From Sedimentisphaerales bacterium (GTDB lineage: Bacteria; Planctomycetota; Phycisphaerae; Sedimentisphaerales; SM23-30): a stretch of DNA of 64,000 bases. The stretch covers positions 199,667-263,666 of the forward strand of contig CAXXFK010000011.1 of the NCBI GenBank assembly GCA_963663965.2. Direction: 5' to 3'. Under the pieces are notes generated by a model. The model saw only the letters and a program-made list of their open reading frames with translations. It did not search any database and was not told where the DNA came from. A program made the translations under genes and the position numbers. Shown piece after piece: positions 61,611-64,000 of this stretch (positions are counted from its first letter, which is position 1; every line of letters begins with the position of its first letter).

Positions 61611-62450
61611 ATGTCATCGTCACTAAGGAGACTCAGAGCCAACCGTCGTAACGCCCAGAAATCCACCGGCCCCAAAACCCCAGAAGGCAAGGCCATCTCA
61701 TCCAAAAACGCCATCAAACACGGCCTCAGCGGCCAGGATCCCGCCCACCTCATCGTCCCCGGCGAATCCGAACTCACCTACCTCGAGTTCCGCGCCGCGC
61801 TGCTGCAAGACCTCAAACCCACCACCTATCTCCAGCGCCACATTGCCGACCAGATCGTCTCGGCCGCCTGGCGCCTTGAACGGATCGGCCGTATCGAAGC
61901 CGAACTGATCGACGCCCGCGTCTATAAACTCCGGCTCACCAACGAAGAAATCCGCAAAGACACCGTCATCGACCAGCCCTTCGCCCACTCCAGCATCTAC
62001 TTACCACGCCACAACGAAGTCGGCACGGCCTTCACCCTCGAAACCCCCGCCTTCAACTGCCTGGCCCGCTACGAAGCCCACCTCAACCGAACCTTCCAGG
62101 CCAATCTTAAGCTCCTGCAAAAGTTGCAGTTACAACAAAAACCAAACGAACCCAATGGATATCCCCCAGAGTACCCATTTCCCGATTTACCCCGCGTCCA
62201 CATCCCCGACCCACCCAGAATCCCCACGCACCCCAGCGAAGCCAAATTGGCCCCCGAATACATCAAAGACCGACTCCCCGAATTGATGAAAGACCACAGC
62301 GTAACTGACGACCAGGTCTTCAGTTACGCCTGCAATCGTTACGAAGCCCTCAACACGTTTGCGAACCAGAACGGCGAAGAAGCCCTCCACGCCCTCGGCA
62401 TCCCCACCAAACCCCCGGCCGACATCCCCATCCAGGAGGTTAAGAAATAA
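61611..62450 (+). CDS. Uncharacterised 279-aa STGPKTPEGK-motif protein, copy B
   Basis: Same AACAGGAGGTACCAACC leader as copy A; ~97% aa identity (9 of 279 differences by eye). Confidence 0.85.
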   Translation: MSSSLRRLRANRRNAQKSTGPKTPEGKAISSKNAIKHGLSGQDPAHLIVPGESELTYLEFRAALLQDLKPTTYLQRHIADQIVSAAWRLERIGRIEAELIDARVYKLRLTNEEIRKDTVIDQPFAHSSIYLPRHNEVGTAFTLETPAFNCLARYEAHLNRTFQANLKLLQKLQLQQKPNEPNGYPPEYPFPDLPRVHIPDPPRIPTHPSEAKLAPEYIKDRLPELMKDHSVTDDQVFSYACNRYEALNTFANQNGEEALHALGIPTKPPADIPIQEVKK

Positions 62451-62597
62451 GGTAACCTGTTCTGAAAAACCATTCGTTATACAAACTTCAGACTGACCTG
62501 AAAAATCAGTCACCAGAGATTGTATGCCCAAAAATCCCTGCAACCAACTCCGACAGCCAATGAATACCCAACTCCATTAATTCCATTAATTAAAACG

Positions 62598-63452
62598 TCA
62601 ATATTTCATCATCGCCCGCGTCATCCCGGCCACCTGCGCCATCGGCTTAACATCATGAACCCGCAGAATATGCATCCCGGCCATCATGCAACGGCTTACC
62701 GTCGCGGCCGTTCCCCAGATACGCTCCCGTGGATCATCAATATCCAATACCTTCCCGATAAATGATTTCCTGCTGGTACCCACCAGTAACGGCACGCCCA
62801 ACTCATGAAAACGTTCCAGATTCTGCATCAATGTCAGATTATGCTCCAGCGTTTTACCAAATCCAATCCCCGGATCGACAACAATTTGCCCCCGGTCAAT
62901 CCCGCAAGTGATCGCATAGTCAATCCGCTCCTTCAACCAGTCTATAATATCATCAACCACATCTTCATACTCCGGCGCCTGCTGCATCGTCCGCGGTATT
63001 CCCTGCATATGCATCAACACAATCGGAACATTACGCTCCGCGACCAACGGCCCCAGCGCCGTATCACCTGTCAGTGCCGAGATATCGTTGACCATCGACG
63101 CGCCAGCCTCAAGCGCGGCGGCGGCTACCTCTGCCCAGGTTGTATCAATACTGATGGGAATCTCACTCTGCTCACGAATCGCGCGGATAACCGGTACTAC
63201 CCGCTGGATCTGCTCAGCCGCGTCAACCGCTAACGAACCCGGCCGGGTCGACTCACCGCCAATATCGATAATCGCCGCCCCATCCCGCGCCATCTCCATT
63301 GCGTGATTCACCGCGCTGTCAATCTCCAAAAAGCTGCCGCCATCACTGAAGGAGTCCGGCGTCACATTCAATATCCCCATAATAAGCGGTTCCCGCCCCA
63401 GGGTGAGCCGCCCTTGTGGGGTGATTAACTGATAGACCTTGTAGTCCGTCAT
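62598..63452 (-). CDS. folP: Dihydropteroate synthase
   Basis: MGILNVTPDSFSDGG, IDIGGESTRPG, DPGIGFGK, GTSRKSF, RVHDV. Confidence 0.97.
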   Translation of the reverse strand: MTDYKVYQLITPQGRLTLGREPLIMGILNVTPDSFSDGGSFLEIDSAVNHAMEMARDGAAIIDIGGESTRPGSLAVDAAEQIQRVVPVIRAIREQSEIPISIDTTWAEVAAAALEAGASMVNDISALTGDTALGPLVAERNVPIVLMHMQGIPRTMQQAPEYEDVVDDIIDWLKERIDYAITCGIDRGQIVVDPGIGFGKTLEHNLTLMQNLERFHELGVPLLVGTSRKSFIGKVLDIDDPRERIWGTAATVSRCMMAGMHILRVHDVKPMAQVAGMTRAMMKY

Positions 63453-63463
63453 ACGCCTGCTTT

Positions 63464-63854
63464 CTATATCTCACCCGGTCGGATCTTCATCGCCATCCAG
63501 TGGCCCGCTAATGAGCCCACCACAAAGAACAGAATACTCAAGCCATTATTCAAAACAATATTCCAGATCGCTATTCCCAGCCGATTCGCCTCCGCCAGCC
63601 GGCAGGTATCCAAGGTATATGCCGAAAAGGTCGTCAGCGCCCCCAGAAAACCCGTAAATATCATTAGATGTAAATCCGCCAGCAGATCCAGCCGCTGCGA
63701 TACCTGCCACAAAATCCCCGCCAGCAGACACCCCAGGCAATTCACCAGCAAGGTCCCCCACGGAAACATAAGATTCGATGGCATACTGCTTAGCTTCCAG
63801 CGCAATGCCGCGCCCAAAGCCCCCGCCCAGCATAATCAGCAATAATGTCTTCAA
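63464..63854 (-). pseudogene. crcB: Fluoride channel CrcB/FluC with a +1 frameshift (probably an assembly error)
   Basis: Removing one base from the C5 run at 63820-63824 restores MKTLLLIMLGGALGAALRW..FPWGTLLVN..TGFLGALTTFS (129 aa). Confidence 0.85.
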
Positions 63855-63880
63855 TTAAGCCGCCTTTACCTAATGGCACG

Positions 63881-64000
63881 TCAATTCCGATTGCGATAAT
63901 CGGATAAATCAACGCCAAGTAAATGGTTAACAAAATAATCCGACCGCCGGCGCCGCCCATAAGGCGTCTCCAGCGAACCATGTCCCCTGCCGGTTACTAC
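63881..64000 (-). CDS. 3' end of a probable S9 (DPP IV/prolyl oligopeptidase) peptidase
   Basis: VVTGRGHGSLETPYGRRRRSDYFVNHLLG..* resembles the S9 catalytic-His C-terminus. Confidence 0.6.
   Translation of the reverse strand, partial: VVTGRGHGSLETPYGRRRRSDYFVNHLLGVDLSDYRNRN

Noticed and set aside
29847..62450. Composite transposon bounded by the two module copies
   Set aside because: The interval holds core genes (ybaB, recR, rpoN, tadA); no transposase motifs, TIRs or target duplication seen
63855..63880. Fluoride riboswitch before crcB
   Set aside because: Only 26 bp separate crcB from the upstream gene; no GGCGATG..TCGCC core

Overview
Bacterial chromosomal segment, most likely from a planctomycete (Phycisphaerae/Sedimentisphaerales-like; inferred from a LEPR-xLL leader, DUF1559/H-X9-DG pilin-like proteins, a VPAPGA PEP-CTERM variant, dockerin-like modules and an HzsA-related protein). 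It holds a giant (>3200 aa) secreted protein running off the left end and missed by the ORF track; gcvT-H-PA-PB-lpdA, an Smr-less mutS2, pfkA and lysA; a cobalamin riboswitch upstream of a PEP-CTERM gene; a TolB-like/DUF6057-like pair; a DUF6345 protein; ybaB-recR-rpoN; exported sugar oxidoreductases; carbamoyltransferase-SxtJ-TadA; a MITE; a SusCD-less fructan utilisation locus; folP and crcB. The most unusual feature is a module present twice, 30,950 bp apart in direct orientation (about 29.85-31.5 kb and 60.5-62.45 kb). Each copy has a sigma70 promoter, then a 0.8-1.1 kb structured non-coding leader containing a variable-copy ~268-bp tandem array (covarying hairpins, a 12-bp box and a 9-7-9 inverted-repeat site at fixed spacing), then a 279-aa 'NAQKSTGPKTPEGK...NA.KHG' protein of unknown function. 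Its function is not established by the sequence. All family names come from recognition by eye, not from database searches.
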